A stretch of 64,000 bases of DNA from Octopus vulgaris. Taxonomy: Eukaryota. The DNA lies in assembly GCA_951406725.2 (NCBI GenBank), contig OX597824.1, forward strand, positions 57,784,001 to 57,848,000, written 5' to 3'. Positions 1-14,471 of the stretch are shown here, one piece after another; positions within the stretch are counted from its first letter, which is position 1, and each line of letters begins with the position of its first letter. The notes under the pieces were generated by a model. It was not told the DNA's origin, searched no databases, and was given only the letters and a program-made list of their open reading frames with translations. The translations under genes were made by a program, and so were the position numbers.

Positions 1-25
1 AAGTAAGTGAGAAGAAAACAAAGGA

Positions 26-65
26 CCACTGATGCGGTCACAGGAGTGTGACGAAAGAACTTTGG
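26..65 (+). ncRNA. Minimal hammerhead ribozyme-like motif (A9C variant), probable Penelope-like terminus
   Basis: cca-CTGATGC-g-gtcaca(ggag)tgtgac-GAAA-gaac-TT-tgg: stem I cca/tgg, 6-bp stem II, core differs from CUGANGA at position 9. Confidence 0.5.
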
Positions 66-238
66 CCGAAATAAGATTAAGATTAATGTAAAAAATAAAT
101 ATCACTGAAGCAAAATAACACCAAATATATAGTGCGTGTGTTTTTATTGGCTAAACTGGCAATATGACCATTCCGAAATATAACAATATCTGTTTCAACA
201 CACGACTTCACATAAAAAATCTTGCACACAACATATAT

Positions 239-290
<52 letters not shown>

Positions 291-403
291 ATTCCCTAGT
301 TTTGTCGGGACGTTCGGAGTCTGCGCAGTGATATGATTAGTTAGGGAGAGTAAATCATTAGAAGCACATGCTTCTAGTGAGTTAGGATTTCAGAAAAACA
401 GGG

Positions 404-475
404 TCTCACTGAAGAATTCTCCCTGAGCAAATAAATTATCTTTATTGCTGAAAAGAAAGAAACTGCAGTCTGAGA
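404..475 (+). ncRNA. Type I hammerhead ribozyme motif, intact core, GUC cleavage triplet
   Basis: tctca-CTGAAGA-a-ttct..agcaaataaa(ttatc)tttattgct..agaa-a-GAAAC-tgca-GTC-tgaga; 5-bp stem I, palindromic stem III ACTGCAGT; lies in a non-repetitive block (288-638) between (TA)n tracts. Confidence 0.75.
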
Positions 476-640
476 ATTACCGGTTCAGTAAATGTTTTTA
501 TCTTCATTTCACTTAATTTATCAAGCTTCTGTATTCCTAGCACATATTTCGCCTTAATGTACTGATATATGAAAAATATATGGCTTGTGTTAGTAATACC
601 AGCGATTATAATTATTTTTATTTTATCGCAATTTGATGTG

Positions 641-677
<37 letters not shown>

Positions 678-724
678 GTACATATACATTTATATATATC
701 CAGTGACAGGTCCCCTTCACTTTT

Positions 725-830
725 GTGCTCTTTATTAGCTGTGTGAATTGGTGCATTATCATCCTGGACTACCATCAGGGAACAATGTTTGTATCGATGG
801 AATATTATAATCCTTGTAGAACACCCAAAG
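725..830 (-). mobile_element. Tc1-family transposase fragment
   Basis: Minus-strand translation PSIQTLFPDG/QDDNAPIHTA (frameshifted) matches the region of the second catalytic D in Tc1 and resembles 58077-58145. Confidence 0.65.
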
Positions 831-1518
831 GGCAAAAAAATTCCAAATCCTCCTAGACCGATCTCCGTTCCTCAAGGCTGGATGCTTCCTCGGGCTGACT
901 TCGAACATAAACTCGCTCCGAAGTGGGGTAAAAGATTAATGATGAATCATTAGCGAAGGTAACGTTGTTCCATTGAGACATCGACAACTTTTGGCAGCCT
1001 CGATATCAATTTTCCTCAGCAATGTTGATGGAAGACGGAGAGGTTCAGCAGTTGTGACCTTGATTTAGGTTTGCTATCACTTAATCTGCCGCTGTTCGAA
1101 AGTTTCCAGATACAATATGTCTCATTTTTTTTTTTTTTTTTGTGTGTGGTTCCTTTCAGTGAGTTTTGCCTTTCAATTCGAATTCTACTTAAAAGAACTG
1201 GTTTTATTTTGATACTGGAAAGCTGACATGATTTTAGAGACTGCAGCTCTCAAAATATTAAGCAATTCAGCAGTTTTAGTTAAGCTCCGACCATCCGCAT
1301 TCCAACAGCTTATCCTCTCTGGACATCCGATGGTTGACGAATTTTAACATATATAAATTTAAATAACAACAAAAGATAAAAAGAAAACAGGTATATATCA
1401 TAAAGAACACACGATATAAACTGCATCTGAAAACATTCAGACTAGAAGAGTTTTGAATTAGTCATTATGCCAATAGAATAGATAAATCAAAGCGGTGTTT
1501 CCATTATATGTGTACATA

Positions 1519-1595
<77 letters not shown>

Positions 1596-1597
1596 TG

Positions 1598-1864
1598 TTG
1601 TGTCTGGGGAGAGTCATTTTCTTTTTATGCCTTATAATATAAAAAACTCACCGGTAAAATTTCCACTTTTTTCTTATTTTAATTTTCCTAAAATTTTTGT
1701 TGCGTCTTGCAACCTTTTCAATAGTTTTGACTCTCAAAACTATTGGAAAGGTTGCAAGACGCAACGTAAAGTTTTGGAAAATAAAAATAAGAAAAAGTGG
1801 AAATTTTACCGGTGAGTGTTTTATATTATAAGGCACAAAAGAAAATGACTCTCTCCAGACACAA
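1598..1864. repeat. About 267-bp near-perfect palindrome (head-to-head copies of a short Penelope-like terminal repeat)
   Basis: ttgtgtctggggagagtcattttc...gaaaatgactctctccagacacaa, centre near 1732; mirrored ORFs 1495+ and 1648- give near-identical peptides; each arm has a hammerhead-like motif. Confidence 0.9.
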
Positions 1865-2062
1865 AAGAAAATGCTTCAACACACGAACTCATATAAAGAA
1901 TCTTGCAAACCAAATCCAAAAACGAAATATATATATACACGTAAGTATTTAGGTGTATATATATAATATATATATATATATGTATATACGCATGTGCATG
2001 TATATATATATATATATATATATTATATTATATTTATAAAAAATTAAATATATATATATATT

Positions 2063-2110
<48 letters not shown>

Positions 2111-2425
2111 TATTATATATGCACACACACACATACAGAAATATATAAATACATATATGTATATATATATACGTATATATATGCACACATACACATACGT
2201 ATAAATATATATACACAGACTCACATATATATATACTATAACATTTAAAAAATATATATAACATATATATGTATAATAAGAAATTAGTGCTCAGTAAAGT
2301 GGATGGCAGATTATCGAAGGTCGAGCTCCTTTTTCATGGGAATACAAAATACATAAAAAATTCATCGAAATTTTAGGTTTCAAGCACTCCAATGTTACGA
2401 TCCAAAGAAAAGCAGTATTACAAAA

Positions 2426-2508
2426 ACTGTACGATCGTTTCAAGGGATGCATTTGTACTGGGCGTGTTTTCCAGCCGATACAAATAGTCGCATTTCCCTC
2501 ATCGGAGG
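2426..2508 (-). ncRNA. Degenerate hammerhead motif with extended stem II
   Basis: Reverse complement CCGATGA-gggaaatgc..atttgta..ctgg..ccag-tacaaat-gcatccctt-GAAAC-gatc-GTA; palindromic stem III ACGATCGT; U4C change and poor stem I. Confidence 0.6.
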
Positions 2509-2778
2509 TATAAACGAATCGATAGAAATAATATAAAAATTGAGAAAGCTTAAAATATCTCCTACTTACAGAACTTGAAGTCATATCGAGTAATGTTATA
2601 TATTTTTAAAAAATGTTATAGTATATAAATATGTGCGTCTGTGTATATATATATTTATACCTATGCGTATGTGTGCATATATATACGTATATATATGTAT
2701 ATATGTATTTATATATTTCCGTATGTGCATATATAATATGTATATATATATATATATGTGTACATTTTTATAAATATG

Positions 2779-2812
<34 letters not shown>

Positions 2813-2849
2813 CTCTCTCTCTCTCTCTGCCTCTCTGTCTGTCTGTCTG

Positions 2850-2916
<67 letters not shown>

Positions 2917-3080
2917 CATTCTATATCGAGTGAAAAATCGGTATGAACGATTTGTTTTGGAGTCTAACTATACCATGTAAGCCTATTAGGATTTACTTTC
3001 CCAATGAAACTCGGTTTTATCACAAAATTTTTCTCAAACCTGTTATAATGTGATACAAGTCTTTGGTGTGGTAATTGTAA

Positions 3081-3173
3081 GCGGCTGAAGAAGGCTTTTG
3101 ATCTATCTGTTATATCAATTATGCATTGATATAAGAATAAGTAGTTCAATAAAGCCCGAAACATATGTACCGC
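3081..3173 (+). ncRNA. Type I hammerhead ribozyme motif, intact core, GUA triplet
   Basis: gcgg-CTGAAGA-a-ggcttt..ttatatcaat(tatgc)attgatataa..aaagcc-c-GAAAC-atat-GTA-ccgc; 4-bp GC stem I, long stem II, palindromic stem III ACATATGT. Confidence 0.8.
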
Positions 3174-3211
3174 AAAATCCTTTGCGTCCTGTTTTTCATT
3201 TACTTCATTTA

Positions 3212-3362
<151 letters not shown>

Positions 3363-3430
3363 CTCTTTTACTGATTTACTAGTTTCAGCTATGCGACCGT
3401 GGTCAGGCTGATATATATATACATATATAT

Positions 3431-3467
<37 letters not shown>

Positions 3468-3870
3468 CATGAAAACACAAAGAGAAAACACAACAACGCG
3501 AGGACTAGGAACAAGTATAGTATTATTGGACGCTCAGGAAAGAAGGAAAGAAGGAGGGTTTAACCTTTCGAGCGGAGCTCTTCGTCAGAAACATAGGAAA
3601 AAGAAAGATCCAAAGAAGGGTAGACAGAGGAAAAAAATCGCCAACGGTTTATATATACATATACATATATATATATATATATATATTTTTTTTTCCTCCG
3701 TCTACCCTTCTTTGGATCTTTCTTTTTCCTATGTTTCTGACGAAGAGCTCCGCTCGAAAGGTTAAACCCTCCTTCTTTCCTTCTTTCCTGAGCGTCCAAT
3801 AATACTATACTTGTTCCTAGTCCTCGCGTTGTTGTGTTTTCTCTTTGTATTTTCATGTTTGGATTAACTA
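3468..3870. mobile_element. Inverted pair of a hammerhead-bearing short repeat (Penelope-like terminal repeat) around a (TA)n spacer
   Basis: Arms about 3468-3648 (-) and 3686-3870 (+) are near-identical; motif gttt-CTGACGA-a-gagc(tcc)gctc-GAAAgGTT-aaac at 3558-3592(-) and 3733-3767(+). Confidence 0.75.
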
Positions 3871-3876
3871 TATATA

Positions 3877-4076
3877 CTCTTACTCTTTACTCTTTTACTT
3901 GTTTCAGTCATTTTGACTGCGGCCATGCTGGAGCACCGCCTTTAGTCGAGCAAATCGACCCCGGGAATTATTCTTCGTAAGCCCAGTACTTATTCTATCG
4001 GCCTCTTTTGCCGTGGGACTGAACCCGGAACCATGTGGTTGGTTAGCAAGCTACTTACCACACAGCCACTCCTGCG

Positions 4077-4078
<2 letters not shown>
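3877..4078 (-). mobile_element. SINE family A (tRNA-derived), internally deleted copy
   Basis: Head ggcgcaggagtggctgtgtggtaagtagc..gggttcagtccca (A/B boxes) joined directly to the 3' body and tail cagtcaaaatgactgaaacaagtaaaagag. Confidence 0.85.
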
Positions 4079-4146
<68 letters not shown>

Positions 4147-4479
4147 AGTGTTTGTCCTCCATCACCACTTTAGAAATAGTGAAATAGTATCAAAGTGAAA
4201 AAAAAATCTGTCCTGGCGTCGATTTGCCTGACTAAATCTTTCAAAGCATGATCGCAATTCTAATGAATGATATATCTAAAAGAATAAAGAAATATGCATG
4301 CATGTATGCATGTATGTACGTATATATGTATCTATGCATGCAGGCAAGTTTATATGTATGTATGAACATATGCATGCATGTACGCATGCATATTCGTAGG
4401 TATTGGGTTCAACTCATGTTTATGTGTGTATTCCCATAACTGTTTGTGTGTGCTGAATATATTTATGCGTGTGTATATG

Positions 4480-4522
<43 letters not shown>

Positions 4523-4680
4523 GAGTGGCTGTGTGATAAGTAGCTTGCTTACCAACCACATGGTTCTGGGTTCAGTCCCAGTGCGTGACACCTTGGGCAA
4601 GTGTATTCTACTATAACTTCGAACCGACCGAAGCCTTGTGAATGGATTTGGTAAAGAGAAACTGAAAGAAGTCCGTCGTA
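4523..4680 (+). mobile_element. SINE family A, 5' half
   Basis: gagtggctgtgtgataagtagc...ccttgggcaagtg...aactgaaagaagtccgtcg. Confidence 0.85.
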
Positions 4681-4687
4681 AATGCAT

Positions 4688-4762
<75 letters not shown>

Positions 4763-4793
4763 TATATATACATATATATATACATATATATAC

Positions 4794-4831
<38 letters not shown>

Positions 4832-5237
4832 ACATGCTTATTTATATATATATAAATATGAATATATATATAAATGAGAGAGAGAGAGAGAAGCATTCTT
4901 TCTCTTTCTCTCTCACCCACACATACATGTTTGCAGTATGCCACCATGCACAAGAGTTTATCGCTATTTATATCTCGTAACCAACACTTCCCCCTAACCT
5001 TCACCTTCTCTCCACTCACCATTTACCAACTACCTCTCTTTTTTCTACATACACATTCCTCTGTCTTTCTATCTCCGTCTGTCGTTCTATCTCGCTAGCT
5101 CCCTCTTTCCATCCCTCCCTTCGCTTCTTTCCCTCTTTCCTGCCACTATCACTTCTCTTCCAATCAGTTCACCACTCCCGCTACTCTCTCTTTCTCGTCA
5201 AGTTTTTATATACATCCATCCCATATTCCTCCGACTC

Positions 5238-5276
<39 letters not shown>

Positions 5277-5354
5277 CACTTATCTCCCTTTCTTCTCTCT
5301 ACGTAACTTATTAACCCCCTTGTTTACTCTCTCTCTTTCTCCTACTCTAACTTC

Positions 5355-5849
5355 ACCATTACCACCACCACCAAAACCGCAACTAAAAGCAGCACCACAA
5401 TCACTACCACTACTGCTGCCATTTTTTATACAGTCCCTTATTCATATATTCCCTCTCTATCCTTCTCTCATTTCTCTGTCTTAACTACTCTTTATCCATA
5501 CAATTACTACCGCCAGCATCCATCTCCTTAAATACATATAACTTATTGTACAAACATACACACAGTGTTGTATATAAATGAATATATAGATACATGCGCA
5601 CGGCCGGTGCATCAGCATAACCGTTAGGTGGTCGTACAAAATGCATGCACTATTTAACTACAGGCCTTTATATTGTGGGTTCAGACCCTCTCATATGAAT
5701 CAGTGTTAGTATTCATTCTTCCGGGACCAACAGAATAAAATATCAAGCAAGAAGTGCAATCGATTTTGATATTCCTATAGAACATCCTTAATATGTATAT
5801 GCTATACGTATATGTGTGTATATATATATATATGTGTGTGTGTGTGTTC

Positions 5850-5884
<35 letters not shown>

Positions 5885-6842
5885 TACATATATATATATT
5901 TTACACACACATATATGTATATATATATCAATATATATATATATAGAATATATATATATATGCATTTACACACACACGCACATATATATATGCACATATA
6001 CATATATATTCAGTTTCTTCATTCCACTTACATGTTGTGAAAGACTAATAAATTTAATTAAATTTGAATTACATATTGATTCCTATGCATTGTAAAACAT
6101 ACATCTGTCTGTTCATCTATCTCAAACATGTGCATATGAGTATATATGTATATGCATGTATACTGGTATGTATACATACATATATACGTATGTATTTATA
6201 CATACATACATATTTATATGTATGTATATATTTGTCAATGTATGTTTGTGAATATGTGGATATATATATGCATATAAAAATATGCACATTTATATATTCA
6301 TAAAAACACATACATAACTATTCTCGAATATGTATATATATATATATATATATGAAATTAAATAAGAGTAGAAATTCATATTAAATTAATTACCATTACC
6401 ACCACCACCAAAACCGCAACTAAAAGCAGCACCACAATCACTACCACTACTGCTGCCATTTTTTATACAGTCCCTTATTCATAATCCTTCTCTCATTTCT
6501 CTGTCTTAACTACTCTTTATCCATGGGTTAGCATATTTATTGTAAAACATACACACAGTGTTGTATATAAATGAATATATAGATACATGCGCACGGCCGG
6601 TGCATCAGCATAACCGTTAGGTGGTCGTACAAAATGCATGCACTATTTAACTACAGGCCTTTATATTGTGGGTTCAGACCCTCTCATATGAATCAGTGTT
6701 AGTATTCATTCTTCCGGGACCAACAGAATAAAATATCAAGCAAGAAGTGCAATCGATTTTGATATTCCTATAGAACATCCTTAATATGTATATGCTATAC
6801 GTATATGTGTGTATATATATATATATGTGTGTGTGTGTGTTC

Positions 6843-6879
<37 letters not shown>

Positions 6880-7379
6880 TACATATATATATATTTTACA
6901 CACACATATATGTATATATATATCAATATATATATATATAGAATATATATATATATGCATTTACACACACACGCACATATATATGCACATATACATATAT
7001 ATTCAGTTTCTTCATTCCACTTACATGTTGTGAAAGACTAATAAATTTAATTAAATTTGAATTACATATTGATTCCTATGCATTGTAAAACATACATCTG
7101 TCTGTTCATCTATCTCATACATGTGCATATGAGTATATATGTATATGCATGTATACTGGTATGTATACATACATATATACGTATGTATTTATACATACAT
7201 ACATATTTATATGTATGTATATATTTGTCAATGTATGTTTGTGAATATGTGGATATATATATGCATATAAAAATATGCACATTTATATATTCATAAAAAC
7301 ACATACATAACTATTCTCGAATATGTATATATATATATATATATATGAAATTAAATAAGAGTAGAAATTCATATTAAAT
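5355..7379 (+). repeat. Recent tandem duplication of about 1 kb (units about 5355-6383 and 6392-7379)
   Basis: Near-identical sequence; ORFs 6064..6303 and 7057..7296 differ by one residue. Confidence 0.92.
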
Positions 7380-7427
7380 AATTAAAACCAGTGGGTTAGC
7401 ATATTTTTTAAAAAATCCGAAGATTAA

Positions 7428-7471
<44 letters not shown>

Positions 7472-8085
7472 GAATAGACATGTATGTGTATTTATAAATA
7501 TATAAATGTGCATATTTTTATATGCATATATATCTACATATTCACAAACATACATTGACAAATACATATATACAGATATATGCATGTATGTATGTATAAA
7601 TACATACGGACATATATATATATATATACATATACATACATACACATACGTGTGTATATATGTGTTAACCGAATCTCTGTCTGCACGTCTCTGTCACAGT
7701 CGTAACGTTATTCAATCTCTTATTTTCCTTCTATTTTCTCTTTCTCTTTCTACCATCTCCACCTACTCTTTCACTGCAACTTTACCCTCTTACTTCTCAC
7801 TCACTCATATCTGCCACCCTTTCTTTTTTACTTAGCCTTTCTTCTTCATCGTATTTACACATTCGTAAATATGCATACATACATGCACACATTCATTTTC
7901 AAATAGAGCACGTATGCGTAGAAACACATGCTCACTAACACTCGTACACTTACACACATATCACACTCTCGCCACTTTATTTTCTATCTTATCTTTGCTT
8001 CATTTTGTTAGTTCTTGCCTTATTCTTCTACCATCTCTGTTTTCTCTCTTTTTATCTTTCTATCAGCCCCGTGAAACTACGCACA

Positions 8086-8184
<99 letters not shown>

Positions 8185-8500
8185 AGACACACACACACAC
8201 ACATCTCAACATATCTCAACATTTACAACAAATATAGACAGTAACTTACTCCCCCTCTCTTTGCTTTTCTGCTCCTCCTGTTTCCCTCTCTTCCCCTATG
8301 TCACTCACTCTCAGACACGTACTCCCTCCCTTGTTTACTCTGTATCTATCACTCAATTTATTCATCACCCTCTCCGTCAAGCAATCATTACCTCTCACTC
8401 TTTCAAAAACTAACAGACGACAGCCTTCCCCTTTCCGCCATTCTCTCTCGTTCTGTTAGCTATGGAGTTTATATTATACACGGACAACATCCACTGACCA

Positions 8501-8531
8501 GTAGTAGTGGTGGTAGTAGTAGTAGTAGTAG

Positions 8532-8612
<81 letters not shown>
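8501..8612. repeat. Compound (GTA)n-(ATA)n trinucleotide microsatellite
   Basis: Direct reading. Confidence 0.95.
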
Positions 8613-8613
<1 letters not shown>

Positions 8614-9969
8614 CATCAACACAATTTCTTCACCGATGGATTTATTTTACATATAACAAAAATAGCAAGAAAATAAATAATATAGAAATATATACTTGTG
8701 TGTGTCGTATATACACACACACAAATGAATGTATATATGTATATATTTTGATTTGGGGTTATCAGTCGAAGAGAAAATCGCAACGACCGGAATTTTAAAA
8801 ATCTGCAGTTAACCACATAAACAAGAAATGGATATTTCATAGGAAATATTACCACCGACGACAACAACAACAACAACATCAACAACAGTTACAGCAACAA
8901 AAAAATCATCAATAATTCTCACAATAATAACAGTAATAATAATATTGGTAATTGTAATAAGAAGCGTGTATTTGCTTCAAAGGCGATACAACAACAGGCG
9001 ATCAGCAATAACAACAACATAGTATAATTTTCATATTTCTTGCCGTTATAGTACTTGTTATTGTTGTAAATAGTCATTAATTAGATGTATAAAAATACTT
9101 CATAAAATATATATAGCAGCGTACAAAGAAATCTTGGAGTATTCCCTTAATTTATTTTTTAAACTAAACAACAAAATAATTATAAATACGAAAACCAAAT
9201 GTTCCAGGAAATATATACAAATGAATAATAATAATAATAGTAATAACAACAACAATAATCGTTAATATTAGTATTAGTAGTGCCAATATTTATATTAACG
9301 TGAAAGAAATGTTTGGATGGGAGGCAGTAGTAGAGAAATTGTTCCAACTGAGAACATAGCAACAACAGCAATAACAACAACAATAACAACAGTGTTTTTG
9401 TACAGTTTGAAAGTACCATAGCAAGATATGTGGCAAGACCAGCTGGTCTGTAAAAATGGTGAGATTCTTCTTTTCTTTCTATTCATTTACTTTAATTAAT
9501 TTCTTTAGATCTTGAAACGTTGTTGGTATTAACGTTTTGTTTTCTACATGTCGATATAAATGTAAATGTATGTGCATGAGTGTTTCTCTCTATGTGTATG
9601 TGTGTGTGTGTGTGTGTATGTGTATACATATATGTGTACATACATGCATACATACATACGTACATACATACATGCATACATAAAATATGTCTATTTTATA
9701 TGAACTGTTTATATTACATAATTTTATATTATATTATATATACTATATACATAGATATGAATAAGAAAATTAGTGTACGCATGTAGGGTATATATATATA
9801 TATATATATATATATGTTAATAAAATATATGCATATATATAAACATGTATGTACGTACCTACCTCTACATGTACATATACACGCATATATGTGTACAGGA
9901 CACCAAAAGGACGTCGAACACATAGAGAGACGAAAAACATAGACACAAACCAAGGAACAAGACAAGCAA

Positions 9970-10000
<31 letters not shown>

Positions 10001-10203
10001 TATATAAACATGTATACATATATGATACACAAAAACGTAGGATATTATATATATATATAAATGAATAAAATATAAAAATAACATACATATTTGTATTTTA
10101 TATATAATCGTTTATATATCTATTCATGTAATAAACGTATATCATATAAGTAAATAAATATATAAACAAATAAATATATATTTATATGGATACACACACA
10201 CAC

Positions 10204-10306
<103 letters not shown>

Positions 10307-10407
10307 GATATATATACAAAGTATATTATTTATATAATGCACATATGTATAAAACACATACACGTATATACATCTATAAATGAACATATATACATGTATA
10401 CATATAT

Positions 10408-10440
<33 letters not shown>

Positions 10441-10658
10441 CATACACACATATGGATATGTATAAGTATGTAATATATATATATATATTATACAGTGCAT
10501 GTATATAATATTTGCATATATTTTATGATATATATATATAATTATATATATAAAATACACAGATACAATATGTTTACGTGTGTGTCTGTATATTTTTTAC
10601 ATGGGTATATACATACATACATGCATATATATATAAATATATATATATACATATATAT

Positions 10659-10693
<35 letters not shown>

Positions 10694-11483
10694 CACATAT
10701 ATATATTAACGTTCACACACACATTTATATATATATGTATATTCACGTTCACAGATATACATATATACACACAAATGCTGATATATATGCATATAAAAAC
10801 ACATACACATATATATACATATATAGACATTTACATATCAATCGATATAAATTTTAAATGCTACACACAAAATTTATTATGCACACTAATGCACTCATAT
10901 ATAGCCATATATATATATATATATTAACACTCACATTTTTATACATATATGTATATTTCCGCTTATATAGATATCCACACAGACACACATACACACCTGT
11001 ATCGGAATGTGTGTGGGTATATGTGTGTGTTTGTGTGTCGTTTCTATATGTAAATATCTACATATGCATACAAATATGGATGAATATAACATGTGGTTGT
11101 TTTCTCATAAAGTAGCCCATGAAAAAATATTTATTCTCCTTCAATTGTCCATTTCTTTGGTTTCGCAATCATATATACCAGTAATATTCTGGAGTCTCTT
11201 AAGTCGACAAAATAAACACCAGATCTTTTCCTTCATTATCCTCTCGTCTATGTGTCAACTGTTACTTTCCACGCTTCCGGGGTGGAGAAATAGGGAATAA
11301 TGAAGTACTAGGGTAGATATCATCGAATATATCCCGCTGCTTGTGCCTATGTTAGGGTATGTTATTATAATTACGGTTTATCCTTCCGGCGTGGATAAAC
11401 TATATTAGCCACTTAATATTTACCAATGTCCTTGAGAAAGACCGAATGTTGCCATAGGTTTATAGTTAATCGTTATTATTCCG

Positions 11484-11564
<81 letters not shown>

Positions 11565-12105
11565 ACTATCTAACTGTCTGCCTGCCTGTCTGTTTAGGTA
11601 AAAATATATAGTTTCATTTCCGTTAAATAGATGTTATACATACATGCATACATTGTATGTACATGTAAATTTATCGTTAAATACATATTTTAAACAAACA
11701 TACACGCATAAATAAATATGTACGCATATATATATAAATATATAAATATATATATTTGTATATATATTTATATATATAAATATATATATACATATATCTA
11801 TATATATAAATATATATGTATATAAATATATAAATGCATATATAAATATAAATGTAAATATATAAATATATATATGTGAGTGTGTGTATATATATATATA
11901 TGAATGTTTGTACATATTTGTTTATATACATATATATATGTTTGTATGTAGATATGTGTGTGTATATATAATGTTGTGTGGTTCACCCTTGTAGTAAAAT
12001 ACAAGCCATTATCCATATTATCTGTATGCAACATTGCAATTACGACACGTTGTGTTTGTAATTATGTTTGAATGCCCTTCGTGTATTTGCACGTGCTGCT
12101 GCTGT

Positions 12106-12188
<83 letters not shown>

Positions 12189-12190
12189 TT
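12106..12190. repeat. (TAC)n microsatellite
   Basis: Direct reading. Confidence 0.95.
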
Positions 12191-12981
12191 ACCAGATTCG
12201 AAATTGCATTTTATCTTATTGCCATCATCAATATTATTCATCATATCATCAAGCGCAGCAGCAGCATAGTTCATCATCATCATAACATCGTAGACGTATT
12301 CATCATCGTCAATGATATCACCATACCCACCATTACCATTTCATCCATTATTATACTTACAAACTAACCTACCAGCTTGGAGAACCTACATGGACACCAC
12401 AAATTATCCACATGTTGCAGTGTCCGTGAATACAATTACTTAGATAGACTGACAGTGTGTTTCCATGAGTGTCTATGTGTTTATCTGTCCAGCTGCCTGT
12501 TGGTCTATCTCTTTAGTTCTCTCTCTCTCTCTCTTTCTGTTTAGCTCTCAGTTGATTTATCTGTCCATTTTTCTATGTGGCTATCTGTCTATTTGTCCAT
12601 CAAACTGCCTGATTCTCGGATGTTTTACCTTGCATCCACAGTGCTGTCAAACAGAATTGTACTGTGTACACACATACATGGAGGTGAATATATGTATAAA
12701 ATATATTTATATATACAAATTCATCCGTGTGCATCATTCCGCACAAACATATAAGGCGGGAGTATATACGTATATACAATTATTTATATATAGATGTGTG
12801 TATACAAATATATATTCATACATAAACTTACTCATAAATGTGTGTATATATATTTATATATATATATGCGCATATAAACGCACATATAGATACGTATATA
12901 TATAATATATATAATTTTATACATGCATATATAAATATATACATATAGATGTGTCTTTGTGTATATATATATATATTATAT

Positions 12982-13360
<379 letters not shown>

Positions 13361-13365
13361 TGTAA

Positions 13366-13414
<49 letters not shown>

Positions 13415-13590
13415 CGGGAAGCTTTATGAAAATAGACAAAAGACGAAGGCAGGTGGAAAACAAACGAACAATTGTATTAGTATGGCGCTCAGGAAATATA
13501 AATAAAACAAGTCTTTAACGTTTCGAGATACGAGTGAGTAAGCTAACGAAAGATATTTACTCAACACATTTATTGGGAGTTATATGTATA

Positions 13591-13733
13591 GATCAAAACA
13601 ACTTGATTAAGAATCCTTGGTACTCTGAGTTTCAAGCATGTGGCTGGTCTTCGACTCCAATCGCCGAAGACTAGCCACGTGCTTGAAACTCTGAGTTACA
13701 AGGATTCTTTTTCTGAATCAAACTGTTTTGATT
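13591..13733. repeat. Inverted repeat with outward-facing degenerate hammerhead-like halves
   Basis: aagaatccttg..tttcaagcatgtggctggtcttcg / cgaagactagccacgtgcttgaaac..caaggattctt. Confidence 0.7.
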
Positions 13734-13776
13734 TCTCTCTCTTCTTTTTTCTTTAATACATACATACATACATACA

Positions 13777-13812
<36 letters not shown>

Positions 13813-13813
13813 T

Positions 13814-13910
<97 letters not shown>

Positions 13911-14291
13911 GTCAGTAACCAAGTTTCACTTCAGTCACTTCAGAAAAATATCTTTGTTATAACTTACAAGGTAGTTTTCTGTAGAAGGGACTGAAAGACA
14001 GCTCGACTAACTTTGTCTAATCAAAACTAGTCGGTTCCTGTATACGACAGATCATGTTATCATTCCTAATAACCTACTTATTAGAAAGGCTAAATATTTA
14101 TCACAATATTTATTTGCCGAAGTTTCAAAGGTAAACTTTATTACAAATTCATCCACAAAAAGAGGATAAATCATTTCTTATTTTGTAAATTATTTACAAC
14201 TTCTCCACAAGCATGTTGTACCGACAACGTGTGGTCATATATATGTACACACGCACACACACATACATGCATACATACATACATACATACA

Positions 14292-14325
<34 letters not shown>

Positions 14326-14432
14326 CATACATACATATATATATACATACATACATATATACATAAATACATACATACATAATATATGACATGTATGCGT
14401 ATATGTATATACATTTTTGTCTATATGCTGCA

Positions 14433-14471
<39 letters not shown>

